DNA from: Botryllus schlosseri
Lineage: Eukaryota
Direction of reading: 5' to 3'
Length of the DNA stretch: 64,000 nt
Assembly: GCA_051294905.1 (NCBI GenBank)
Contig: CM119379.1
Span: forward strand, 25,172,001 to 25,236,000
Shown: positions 1 to 11,198 of the stretch, piece by piece
Layout: the number at the start of each line of letters is the position of its first letter
How positions within the stretch are numbered: position 1 is the first letter of the stretch
Program-made: the position numbers and the translations under genes
The notes under the pieces: generated by a model
What the model saw: the letters and a program-made list of their open reading frames with translations, nothing else
Databases searched by the model: none
Told to the model about the DNA's origin: nothing

Positions 1-724
1 AATTGAACCAAATTTGGTGTGTAGGCTTAAATTAGGTAACCTAACAATTTTATCAAATAGCCAGCAGGATTTGAGAAAAAAAGTCATTTTTGAAGAGCCC
101 TAGTATTCATGCATGCGTTTGACGCTAGTCTGCAAGAATTCTCTTCTCGGTATTCAGAAGCGGCCTTGGACAGCTTTAGACATAACTAATATCCGTCGTT
201 TTAGCATTCATATACAGAAATTGACTAGACCTATTCATTGAAACAAACAACTGTGGTCTATTATATTTTTGTAACATAGGCCTACTCAATCAGAGCCGCA
301 AGAAGGCCACCTTGGAGCCGCATGCGGCTCTGAGAGCCGCGGTAGGGTATCACTGGTTTAAAGCGCAGCGGTATTTACTATTTACTACATGCCGAAAAGG
401 GCCCCGTCAATTACTTCGTTTCCATGCACGGCCGACGGACGGCCGAAAGGCCATGTCGCATGCGTTGCACATGTCGACCGTGTTTCCATGACGACTTGAC
501 CAGGCGTAATCCGACCGTGACTTGGCCGAACTAGGTGGACGAAGCGTTCGCGATGACGATTTTGGCTTATACTTACTCGGTGATTATTATGTAATTATTA
601 CCGAGTAAGATTGCGATAAAATGACTCGTTAGAAATGAGCCGAGACGACTTGTATCGGCCATTCAATCATAGGCTATGATTCAATCAAGTAACCCGCTTT
701 GACCTGGAACACGTAGGCCGAAAT

Positions 725-3086
725 CAGAGGTCTCAAACACGCGGCCCGCGACGGCGTTTTGGAATTTCAAGTATTCAACAATATATTCAAGTGCCATATA
801 TCTTTTTTAGATACAAGATCTTAAAGTTCACCCTAAAACTACTATAAAGATCACTGAAATCTCGAAAAAATTGACTATCACATCAATTTTAGAAGCTACT
901 ATGCAGTAGAAGATCTGCTAACGTCACATTTCAAATTCATGATGATAAAACATGACCCTTGATAATTCGTGACTGAAAATTGTGATTTGATTTGGTGCGA
1001 CCTTCTCGTAAAATTACTCGATTTGGGATTGACTGCTGGGTGAGTTAATAAAAATGACTTGAGTTGAGTCAGGTCAAACGGTAAAATCAGAGAAGGATTT
1101 GCGACTCGGAACGGTGACTTGGTATTCCTACGGGCGAAACAATCTATTAAACTGTCATGGGGAATAGTAATATATCAAAACATCGTTGCTTGCGTTGTGT
1201 AGGATATGTAGCCTAGCTATCTAATCAGGTCTGTATGGCTACCATTGGCATTCTGTGACCCCCGTGACGTATAGTTGATTACTTGTTGGGTGTTGTTTGT
1301 TCTCTTCATCCATTTTATTATCGGTGTCGAGAAAGGTATTAGTACGCTCTACAGCTGTTACACCAATGAATTCTTTGCCGATTTGAGATTTCTATTCCAG
1401 GGGTTCTTAACCAGGGTCCGTAGACCCCATCGGGGTACGAAGCACCTCACCAGGATGCACGAGATGCATTGTGGAATTAGGCCTATATGCTGTCGAATAT
1501 TTTATTGGCTAATTTATTCAACTGGAAAATAGTATTGGCGCTATGAGCGATTTTTTGTGAATGGGCTTTCTGATTTTCATATAGGTTAGGGTTACCATAT
1601 TTTTGTTTCACAAATTCCGGACGCTCTTCAGCGCCCACTAGCGGATTTCAAAACGAGGTGTGAGCGCATTGTCTATCAATATAACGTCACACCAGCAACG
1701 CTTTGTCTATCGACTAGAGGTGGTCGCGATCCGGTTCAGGATTATGTGGTTGTGTGTTGTAAGCACTTGTAACCTGGGCCGAAGCCACATATTTTCAGCC
1801 CCATCCCACTGATCTTGGGCCCATCGTAGGGTATTCGATGCAACTTCTGGGGGTTTACTATGCATCTGGTCGTTAAATGATTTGAATGAATTGTGTCAAT
1901 AACATTGGTTCTTCCATATATTACTGTATAGTTTTAATCCTCTCTCCGCTCACATAATCAGAGTCAGCGGTAGAATAGAGCTGGCGGAGGATGATGACTT
2001 AGAAAATGCAAGGGGCGTAATTGTGCATCGTTAAGTCATGTTCATGTCACGCCGATAAGATTATTTATCAGCCTAATGCGGGTGTGCACGTCACCACTGA
2101 GCTATGTAAACACCGCACGTCCGGTGGTTTCCAACCTGATATGGTTGCGAATCCATTTCCAATTTGAAAATGTGCTGTGACCCAGCTCAAAATTTGATGA
2201 GCTGATTACTAATTAAAGGTCGGCATATTTGCCCAGGCTTACTAACAGCCTATGTTGGAAGTTAATTACGTTCAACATCTTCGCGAACCCCAGAATAAAG
2301 GCAAACTACCCCAGGTTTAGAACCACCATCTTTGGTAAAAGCATCCAAACGACCTAAAACGACGACTCCATGAATACCGTTATCTTGTAATTTCGATTAC
2401 AATTAGACTTCTTTTTGTAAATGAATGTTATTTTTTATTTATTTTTGATCGCAGTTTTGCGAGGGGCGGTAGTCCCCATTTAAAACCAATATATATGATA
2501 ATAAATCGCGCGCAGCGCGAAGAAAAATTTCATATAGCAAAAATCTGCCCAAAAATAATCTTGTTTAGGTTGATTTACAAAAAAAAATGTGCTTACTTCA
2601 AGCCTTCAAAATTCCGGACATTTAGGCATATTTTAGAAATTCCTCCCGGACGCAGTTTTAACAGTGAAATTCCGGACATGTCCGGGAAATTCCGGACGTA
2701 TGGCAACCCTAATATAGGTACCATGGGAAATTGTGTTGAAAATGGTCAGGGGCAACGAGAAATCTCATTGGAATCATAGAGGGTGCATGATGCATCCTCT
2801 TCTATGATTTCTACAACTCATTAATTACAAAATAAAAAATGTGCCCCCCACAAAACAATTTTATTCAAATATTTGATTATATGAATTTTTCCGTGTCAAG
2901 CGTGAATACTACAATAGTCAATTATATATCTAAGATGATTGTGGAATGCCTGTCTACAAGGTCCCGTCAAAAAAGGCCTACTTGGAAATAATACAATGAA
3001 TATCCTCATTATTGATGCTATACGGCCCGCGGCGTCATCAAAACTAGGAAATTGGCCCGCGAGCTCATTTGAGTTTGAGACCTCTG
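725..3086. mobile_element. hAT-type non-autonomous element nested in the Harbinger element
   Basis: TIR CAGAGGTCTCAAAC ... GTTTGAGACCTCTG; 8-bp flanks GCCGAAAT / GCCTAAAT (7/8 match). Confidence 0.75.
1587..2711. mobile_element. hAT MITE family E (TAGGGTTACCATA TIR), copy 1
   Basis: TIRs TAGGGTTACCATA / TATGGCAACCCTA; perfect TSD ATATAGGT (1579-1586, 2712-2719); homologous to 11390-12220 in opposite orientation. Confidence 0.9.
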
Positions 3087-3748
3087 GCCTAAATCCAACA
3101 TGTAAAATGGTCATGATAAACCACTTGCTGAAAACTAACAGAAAATAAATAAGATTGAAAAATAGATGAAAATTAGGTGGCATATCTTAGTACGTGGGCG
3201 ATATAGATATGGGATATCGTGGTTCGATAATTTCGAGCACAGACTAGTAACTTGTTGTCTAGTAGTCTACCGGTACTACTGTTTCGTCGTGATTCAGACA
3301 TGGACTCCGAGTGTCTTGTTGATGACTTGCTTACCAGGGAATGTGAATAAGTTCACCTAGTTTGTTGTCAAACCGTAGTTTGCAACAGGACACAAACCCT
3401 CGAATTGTGGTAGCAGCGTATGTGAGCAGATTGCGAAGATTTCGGTAGCCTAGGGGTAATTCTCAGCAGTACCGGTACTATAATAACTTTCGTTGCAATC
3501 GTAATTAAATTCCTGGTTTCTCAATGCGTCCAAGATCTGTCCGGAGTGTCAGCCATGGTTAATCTCATACGAAAAGTTTATAGTAAGTAGCAAATAGCAA
3601 TCCGCTGATCGAAGATGCAGCGCAAGCACGGCCGAACGGCCAAGCCGAATAATTCACTCGATGGCCGACAAGCGTCGGCCGACGGGGGTGTGCTGCGCAA
3701 CAGAAATTCTCTCGTTCGTCGGCCGAGTCTTTTGAAAATGGCCCCGTT

Positions 3749-3962
3749 ATCATCATCATCATTGGTTTATTAGCAATTTTATCAGTTCAATACACCACAA
3801 AAAAATGCGATACAATGAAAAGAAAGGAAGATGTCGAAGCGACTAGGAGTTGTCTATGGAATCAGACACCCACCTAGGCGATGTAAAGAGGAGGCATGCA
3901 CAGTTGCACACTGAATGAAAGTAAAGAAGATAGTATAGTATAGTATAGTATAGTATAGTATA
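3749..3962 (-). mobile_element. L2/CR1-type LINE 3' end (5'-truncated) with (GAT)n tail, abutting a (TAGTA)n microsatellite
   Basis: Near-identical to the 3' UTRs of the RT-bearing copies at 30105 and 60224; minus strand reads AATAAACCAATGATGATG. Confidence 0.8.
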
Positions 3963-4359
3963 CCGTCTGCCGTGCATGGAAACGCAGTTAATGACAATCA
4001 AAGAAAATGCATCACTAAATCAGTAGATAATGCATCTAATCACGGTAAATGTATTCTCACGTGCAGCCTTTCGAATGTTGCACATGAATGATGAGAGTTA
4101 GAACTACGAGAGCGAAAATCAGAGCATTCTTCATTGCGATGCAATTCCAGAGGAACTATATAGAAAATCTACTGAAATAAGTTTTAACAGGTTTATATTT
4201 GCGTTCGCCCTTGTCGATATCAGCATGGGAGCAACCAGGTTCGTAAAGATTCCCTGTCATCTTTATGGCGGTCACAGGAAAGATGATGTCAGTTACACGT
4301 CATCCAATATAATATTGTATTTCTGAACCATGACTATTTCGTAGCGCTTTAAGGCCATT

Positions 4360-4740
4360 GTAATAATAATATAATCTCGTTGTGTAATATTTTTCATCTG
4401 AACAGGTCACACACAATGTACAATGCGATAAGACGCAATGCCATGTCATGAACAGATAGGAGGATGTCGAACGACACGCATCAGTAGCGATCCTTTACTC
4501 TAACATCCACCGCGGCCTAGAGTGCCCGATGTCACAGTTCTTTTCGATGTTGATCTTTTTCCAATAGTTATTTCCATTCCTTGTGAGTGCTTTCATTCGT
4601 CGGGTCTTTTTCTGGGCTTTTTTGTCGCCGTAAGAACGGTAACGGCGGGGGGAGAGGAGCCCAGAAAAACCTCCGACGGGAATCGAACCGGATCCGTCAG
4701 ACTGGTGGGCGCTTATCGTTACCACTACGCTATCTCCCCC
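4360..4740 (-). mobile_element. tRNA-derived SINE
   Basis: Minus-strand head GGGGGAGATAGCGTAGTGG (A box) ... GGTTCGATTCC (B box, 4679-4689), then a body and a LINE-like 3' tail ending in (TTA)n; the tail recurs near 26480-26590. Confidence 0.7.
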
Positions 4741-4839
4741 GATCGATTTCTACCTGACAGTAACGCCGTTCGATGAATATATTAGTAGCCTTGTACGACA
4801 TGTTTTCCGCTGCTAAAGAATGGCGCTAATCCAATTTGT

Positions 4840-5200
4840 GAACTGTTTCTATGCTTTCAATTTTTTGGTTTTCATGAAAATAATGCTACAGGAGAGCTGT
4901 ATAGTTTGAAAAGAGGCAAGCTTGGTGTGCAGACATTTGCCATCGTCGTGCTGATGAGAATGAACTTTGATTCGGTATGAACTGAACTTGGTTTCTGTTG
5001 TATATATTTTGATTCTGAATTTAATTCTATTTTCAAGTTTTTGCGAATTCCCTAATCCTAACGCTAATCTGATTTGAAAAAGCTGAAAATTTTCAAATCC
5101 AACTCTGCTTGGATCATAATGCCAATAAGCCCTTCCCATTAGATGTTCAATTTTACACTAGTAATTTTAAGAATTGGTCCGATCGAAGTGATGCGATAGC
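4840..5200 (-). mobile_element. Partial copy of the CAGACTTGGACAACTAGA MITE family
   Basis: Shares ACCAAGCTTG and AAATTAGATTAGAATTAG-type segments with 25215-26136; no TIR pair seen; boundaries approximate. Confidence 0.55.
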
Positions 5201-6875
5201 ATAAAAACGTCTATTCCAGACTATGAGATAACGTAGTAGAGGTACGCTCTACAGCCGCAACACCAATTGGGCACGAATTTGATTCCATAGATCGACGTTC
5301 GTTGTATCCGAGTGCTGGGGTTTATATGGGCTCCTACTCGCCATCCGATCCGCATAAGCAGTTTACAAAAGCCTAGAACGAAAGTGGGTATCGTGCTAAA
5401 AAAAGTCGGCAGATCAGGAATCATAACAAAGAATATCAGCCAGGTGTTGAATGCATTCGATGCACCATAAATACCAAAACAACAAAAACAAGTGGATTTC
5501 AACGGGTGCGAGATCATAAATACCATTCCCCTCTCGATCAGACGTGCGTTCTTCTTCTTTGAATTAAATTTTATCGGCGTTCATAAGCGTATAGGAAGAC
5601 TATTTCACAGTAATTCGTGAGCTATTTTGTTGATACTCATTTTAATAAAACAGCGAAATTGGAAAGTGTGTTATTGGATATGCCTGGGAATGGGAATTCA
5701 TTCTGGCGCATATAATCATTACGCGAATATGACTTTTGCGGGCGTTAATTGAGAAATGCAGCCCGAAACACCGTTGTAATCAGTAAACAATTGCTGCACT
5801 GCGAGCAACTCAATGCAATGACAGTGCCAAGCCCATTGCTTTGGCGACTTGGCGAATTACTACGATTTGTCAAATATTCATGCACGTAGCAGCATATTCG
5901 CAATGGCACAAATTCAGAATATATTCGATTCGTTTGAACGAGAATATTCTAATAAAAATCGCCGTCGCACGAGCTAACCAACATCGAATTTCAAACAATT
6001 GGAGATTTGGTGGGAGAGTTTCTATTAATGATCCTGCGACATGCGCTCATATGGACGTTGCTTTCGTTACGGTTAGATAATCGCGCTTTCGCGCGACTAA
6101 TGGGCGAAATTCGACCGCTCGACTCGATAATTATGAGAGTAATGCAGATATAAAACAGCACGCCAAGCTGTAAATTCTGTGGATAAAACCAATGGTGTGT
6201 GGTAAAATGTGTTCTCGCCAGGGGTATCTCCGGCCTAGAAGACTTCGGTCATATCGGGTCTCCCAGTCTATACCGTGTAAATTATAGTTAGGAAAATTTT
6301 AAAAATGTATACTATTGGACGTGAATGTTTGTGAACATTGCCTTTACTATATTTCATGGTTGACGAATAAAAGAACTCTCTCTCTCTCTCTCTCTAGGTT
6401 CTCCCCGGCAACCGCAGCGTCTGCATGGCTCCCGCGTTCTCCTAGCACAGGGGTCGGGAACCTTTTTTCGCCCGAATAGCCATATTGACACGGTATTTTC
6501 AAATTTAACTCCCAAAGAGCCATACATGTCAATCAACTGTTACGTCACAATTGTAAATTCGTGACGTAATGGTAGCACTAATAGATAGAATTAGTAGTGT
6601 GCGCCATATTTTCTCTGCTCCCGCTCACATGCGTAGGTGCCATGGTCACTACAGCAGTAGACTACATACCTTGAAACCTTCAATTATTAATATTATTGGT
6701 ACTTCTATCGATGTACATGAATGACCAGATTTTCAACATTTGTACTCACAAAATCACGAAATTTCCATATATATTGTTCGAAAATAAAGCCCGAAAGGAG
6801 AGCTAAGCCACCGGTGAAGCACAAACGGGCCAAGCCTAACCTGTGATAGCACAACGCATCGTAAATAGCTTAGAA

Positions 6876-7076
6876 CAGTGGTTATCAAACTTTTTTAGAC
6901 ACGCCCCATTTTATGATAGTGAAAAATTTTGCGCCCTGAAATATGAAATTCAGACTATACACAGAGCAAAAACTTGACTGGAGATAAAATCGCGCGGAGT
7001 GCTAAAAATTTTTCAGTTGACCGCACCTTCGCGCCCCCTTCATATGCGTTCATGCCCCCCAGTTTGAGCATTACTG
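6876..7076. mobile_element. hAT MITE family D nested in A
   Basis: TIR CAGTGGTTATCAAAC / GTTTGAGCATTACTG; perfect TSD GCTTAGAA; related to 23598-23919. Confidence 0.85.
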
Positions 7077-8013
7077 GCTTAGAATTTGTGTGATTATCTC
7101 TTACTACTATCTCTCTCTCTAGTAGTTTCCCTAAACGCATGAGCAATCTCGTCTTCTTGTTGTTGTGATTGTGCGACGTGCGTGCATGCATATATTAGCA
7201 CCCACGTCTTGTGAGTTATTGGAGTAATAGGGATTAGGCTAGTCGATGCAACTGTTCTTTTGTATTCCAGTTTGATCATTTATTACGGTATTTAACCTAT
7301 GAATAAATGCAAAGTTGCACAGAATTTATAATCAATGATATTAAACGGATGTAATTGTGGCACTGACTCAGAAAATCTAAATATTGATCGACCTCTCAAA
7401 TATTCGGCGTAACACAACGTTGCGATACGCACCTACCTTTTAACGGCGGTGCTAGAAAGCTACTTACCAATCAAGAACATGGATAGCTAAGGCATTGTTT
7501 CGAATTTAAATTTCTAATTGTGAATGTATCTTCCAAGGCAGTTCATTTCTAGGCGTATAGATCAGGAAGAAAATGTGTATTTGAAAACTGCATAGTCAAT
7601 TAGTCATACGAGCGTCGCCATGTCTACCTTTCTCTTTGATCAATCAAGGTATCATGCAATCCAAGATTTCGAGGAGCGCGATGTCGGGTAGATCGAATTC
7701 GCGAGTGATGTTAGTCGCCGGCGCGACAGCAATTTAAATTTGAGGGTTTTGAAAAGGGAGATATGCGTTTCTAACCATGGATACCACACTGTCTTGACCT
7801 CTATAGTTTATGCTACTACGAGAAACATTATTCTGGCAGTTATGAAAATTAACTATCAAGTTGCAAATAGTTGCAGCAATATTGATGAATTAAGCAAAAA
7901 ATTAAAATTTGCTAAAGACCCATATATTATAGCCAAAAGAGCCATATATGGCTCGCGAGCCATAGATTCCGACCACTGTCCAGGGATATCTAGAACTAGA
8001 CAAAGAACTAGAT

Positions 8014-9856
8014 CAGTGTTGCCAATTTAGCGATTTTGTCGCTAGATCTAGCGATTTTGCATTGTGTTTGGCGACAAAAAATACCAATCTAGCGACTAGC
8101 GATAAATCTAGCGACTTTTAAAATATATTTAGCGATTTTCTAGCGATTTTTTTCTCAGAAATATCTGATATCAATTGGTTTTCAGCAGCAAGATTATGCA
8201 CGTTTATCGTATCTTATGCGCGCTACAGTGTCAGCACGCATCGCCGATCTGCATTCAGGTAGAGTGCAGGAATAGGAGCGTCAATACTGACTTTCCTGGT
8301 CAGTGGAACAAAGTTGGCCATAAATTTTCCAGGCATAGAAATCTACAGTGTCACATTCGCCAAACTCGTCAAGATCCTGGCCATTTCACCCTCAACACAA
8401 TACCAGCAATCACAATCATGCTCGTCCTATGCAGTGTGCTATACAAGGTCCGATATCTGAACTCTTTAGTCTTTACATCTTCGTCAGACGAGTTTAGGGT
8501 CCAGCCCTCCCCCAAAAGACTGACATCGTGAGTTTCTAAGGGGCAGTCGGGTTCAAGATAACTGATTAAACTATTTTGCATCAAACTTTTAACACCTATA
8601 CACACGACACGAAACAGTATACTACAGTCTACAACTACAGCATATCGCGATCCAAAATAAATAAATAAAAAAGATTACGTCGCGGAATTTTGACATTAAC
8701 ACAAGATGTAACAACAGAATGAAATTACCCCACAAAAAATTGAAATTTAAAATATATAAATCACGAGTTTCTATGCGCGCTGCTGGATAGCAGAAAAAAC
8801 ATTCTCTAATAAAGATATTTGATGTATCGTCCCGTCGCTTATCTGATGTATAGATACTATTAAGGAAACAGGATGGCCAGGGGCTGTAAGAAGTGATAGG
8901 TACCCTAATTTTCCATCTGTAGTACGCACCTTTAAAATGACATGTCAAACTGGGGGAAAAGCCTGTACCCATGTATAATACGCACCTCTGTACGAGCAGG
9001 TGATCGAGCAAGCGTCTGATACGAGAGCAGCAGAGAAGAAAGGTGTATTAATTAGATTTCTACCATAGCCTGGGGTGTGAACCAGGCAAACGATACTATC
9101 ACACCCTTCCAATGGGTAAAAAACGAGTAGAATACACCTACCAGGGGTGGAAAATAGGTGCAGCAATCAATCAGGTTTATTAATATTTTCATCGTTTCAA
9201 AACATCACAAGACTGCGATACAATGAAAAGATAGGAAGGTGTCGAAACAACTTTGAGTAGCCATTAAGATCAGACACCCACCTTAGCCTGGCAATCAGAT
9301 TTCCACCCAAGTCAGGGCACGATGGCTGGATGTGATGCGCGATTGACAACAAACAAGAAGAAATGTGTAATTGCAAGTTTTTTTCGGGGGAGATTTTTTC
9401 AAAATTCTTGTACCCCGATTTTAGGACAAAAAATTGATTCAAGTGGAAAATTACGGTGCTTATATCGGATTGGCCCTTGTAGGATGTACGATGCTTTTCA
9501 ACCCAAATTCCATTTCAGCGGCAGTAGTTGGTTTCCTGCCAATATATAGTGAGCGGTTATAACTGCAAATCTGGTCACGCAGAGCGGTCTATTTTGTTGA
9601 AATGCACCACACATTTTGTCTGGTTTTGAGATGACTCTTGCGTATTATGAACTAGAATTATGATAAGTTGCATTTGACACAGCTGATTACAATATAACTA
9701 ACAAGAAAAATGGTTATTCTGGTTCAATCTAGCAACTTTAGGAATTAATACAAATTTAGCGACTTTTTTAGCGATTTTATTTCAAGATTTAGCGACATCT
9801 AGCGATTTTCAACGCCAGTTTTAGCGATTTTTGTCCATCCGGAGTTGGCAACACTG
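8014..9856. mobile_element. hAT element C nested in B, with (TAGCGA) subterminal repeats and internal cargo
   Basis: TIR CAGTGTTGCCAA / TTGGCAACACTG; perfect TSD AACTAGAT (8006-8013, 9857-9864); TAGCGAT/C repeats at both ends. Confidence 0.9.
9170..9300 (-). mobile_element. L2/CR1-type LINE 3' UTR fragment inside element C
   Basis: GCGATACAATGAAAAG-GGAAGGTGTCGAAAC-ATCAGACACCCACC matches the other LINE tail copies. Confidence 0.65.
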
Positions 9857-10323
9857 AACTAGATATCGTTCTAGATATCCCTGCCACTGTCCTAGCACGT
9901 GTCGCTATATGTTACGGCGTCAAAAATGCCCTGAGAAAGATCTGATGAAGGACTGAAACAATGAATCGAACGAAAAGGACTAAGGGAGAGCTCTATAGTG
10001 AAAGACAGACGCGAGAAGATCAAGATCGGATAAGGTTACATCGGACACCAGGCTGCGGTGGATTGCCAGACAGAAACTGGTCGTTCCAGCATCCTATTTC
10101 TGTTCGCTACATGGTAGTGTCGCATTTTTTTTCGGCCGCTCAGAGCAGTTCTGCTATCCTACTTTGAAGCGCAATTTTGAGGCAGTCGCCAAGCCAGATT
10201 ATGACGTACAGATTTGCCAATAGAGTGCGACGAGGCCCCGAGGGACCCGCTTTCTTTTTCCAAAGACTGGACTGATAAAGGCTTCTGGACTCCAAGTGTG
10301 TATGCTAATGAGTAGGACATTAA

Positions 10324-10782
10324 AGGGGCACTGCGCTCTAAAAATGATGTGGTCTCAAATTGAAGGTAAAAACGAACAAAAATTTTTGGCCGCGGCCATT
10401 TCCTTCAGAACGCCACCGTAATGGAGCTGCAATTTATTGAAATTTCTACAAGACCAGCTGCCGCGGCTGCTTAACCCGTTACATGGCATGATATCATCAC
10501 CGTCGCACTTGATCGACGCGATTAGGCAGTCACGCAGAGAACGAATTTTAGATTCTAAGTTTCGTTCTCTGCGTGACTGCCTTATCGCGTCGAGCAAGTG
10601 CGACGATGAAGACATCGTGCCATGTAACGGGTTAAGCAGCCGCGGCAGCTGGTCTTGTAGAAATTTCAATAAATTGCAGCTCCATTACGGTGGCGTTCTG
10701 AAGGAAATGGCCGCGGCCAAAAATTTTTGTTCGTTTTTACCTTCAATTTGAGACCACATCATTTTTAGAGTGCAGTGCCCCT
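10324..10782. mobile_element. Palindromic Kolobok-like MITE, copy 1
   Basis: TTAA flanks, AGGGGCAC...GTGCCCCT ends, whole element a near-perfect inverted repeat; second copy at 46702-47191. Confidence 0.85.
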
Positions 10783-11198
10783 TTAACAATCCTTCAGTGG
10801 AAATTGCTTCTCCGAATACGTTTCAGCAGCAAAGCACCTATCATTATTCTACGGCGAACGTGAACTCTACAATAACCAAGTTCGCAGACCGAACACTTAC
10901 TATAACATTTAGTTCCACATCATTCCTACAATTCACCACAACAGCGCGATTCAAATTCGACAAAGATATGATTTGTTACAGAAAATGTATGTTGGAGAGC
11001 GAGCGAAGAACTACAAACAGTAACATTGATCTGTCTGTAGATTCAAACCGACACCATAACTGTTGAATAGATTCATAAAAATTCGATTGAAGTCAAAGAA
11101 GTAATAGTGCAATAATGCTAATAGCGTTGATGTGAGCTTGGCGTGGTCCTTTTTTGCGTCTTCAAAACTCCGTAAATCATGCAGTGGCAGATCCTTTT

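Larger units (their letters stand above)
414..3987. mobile_element. PIF/Harbinger-type non-autonomous element, expanded by nested insertions
   Basis: TIRs CT(T/G)CGTTTCCATGCACGGC at 414 and GCCGTGCATGGAAACGCAG ending 3987; TTA on both flanks (411-413, 3988-3990), matching the TWA TSD of Harbinger. Confidence 0.7.
7981..9883. mobile_element. TIR element B with 8-bp TSD (only about 60 bp of its own sequence) inserted in the right TIR of A
   Basis: TIR CAGGGATATCTAGAAC / GTTCTAGATATCCCTG; perfect TSD CCACTGTC (7973-7980, 9884-9891). Confidence 0.9.
6448..9889. mobile_element. hAT MITE family A carrying three nested elements
   Basis: Left TIR CAGGGGTCGGGAACC, right end TTCCGACCACTG (split by element B); perfect TSD TCCTAGCA at 6440-6447 and 9890-9897; same family as 24854-26421. 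Confidence 0.85.

Noticed and set aside
4670-4740. Possible tRNA gene
   Set aside because: A and B boxes are present but there is no proper acceptor or anticodon stem, and it continues into a SINE body and tail.
5221-5526. Possible Penelope RT remnant (similar to about 1325-1395)
   Set aside because: A shared GTACGCTCTACAGC segment shows a repeat, but no convincing protein motif could be read.
8920-9000. Repeated peptide CxY/FxGAYYxW suggesting VWC-like domains
   Set aside because: The two motifs are in different frames and derive from the DNA repeat GGTGCGTA(T/C)TA, typical of Tc1/mariner-pogo subtermini.
10355-10751. Two near-identical 104-aa ORFs on opposite strands
   Set aside because: Artefact of the palindromic MITE; not a gene pair.
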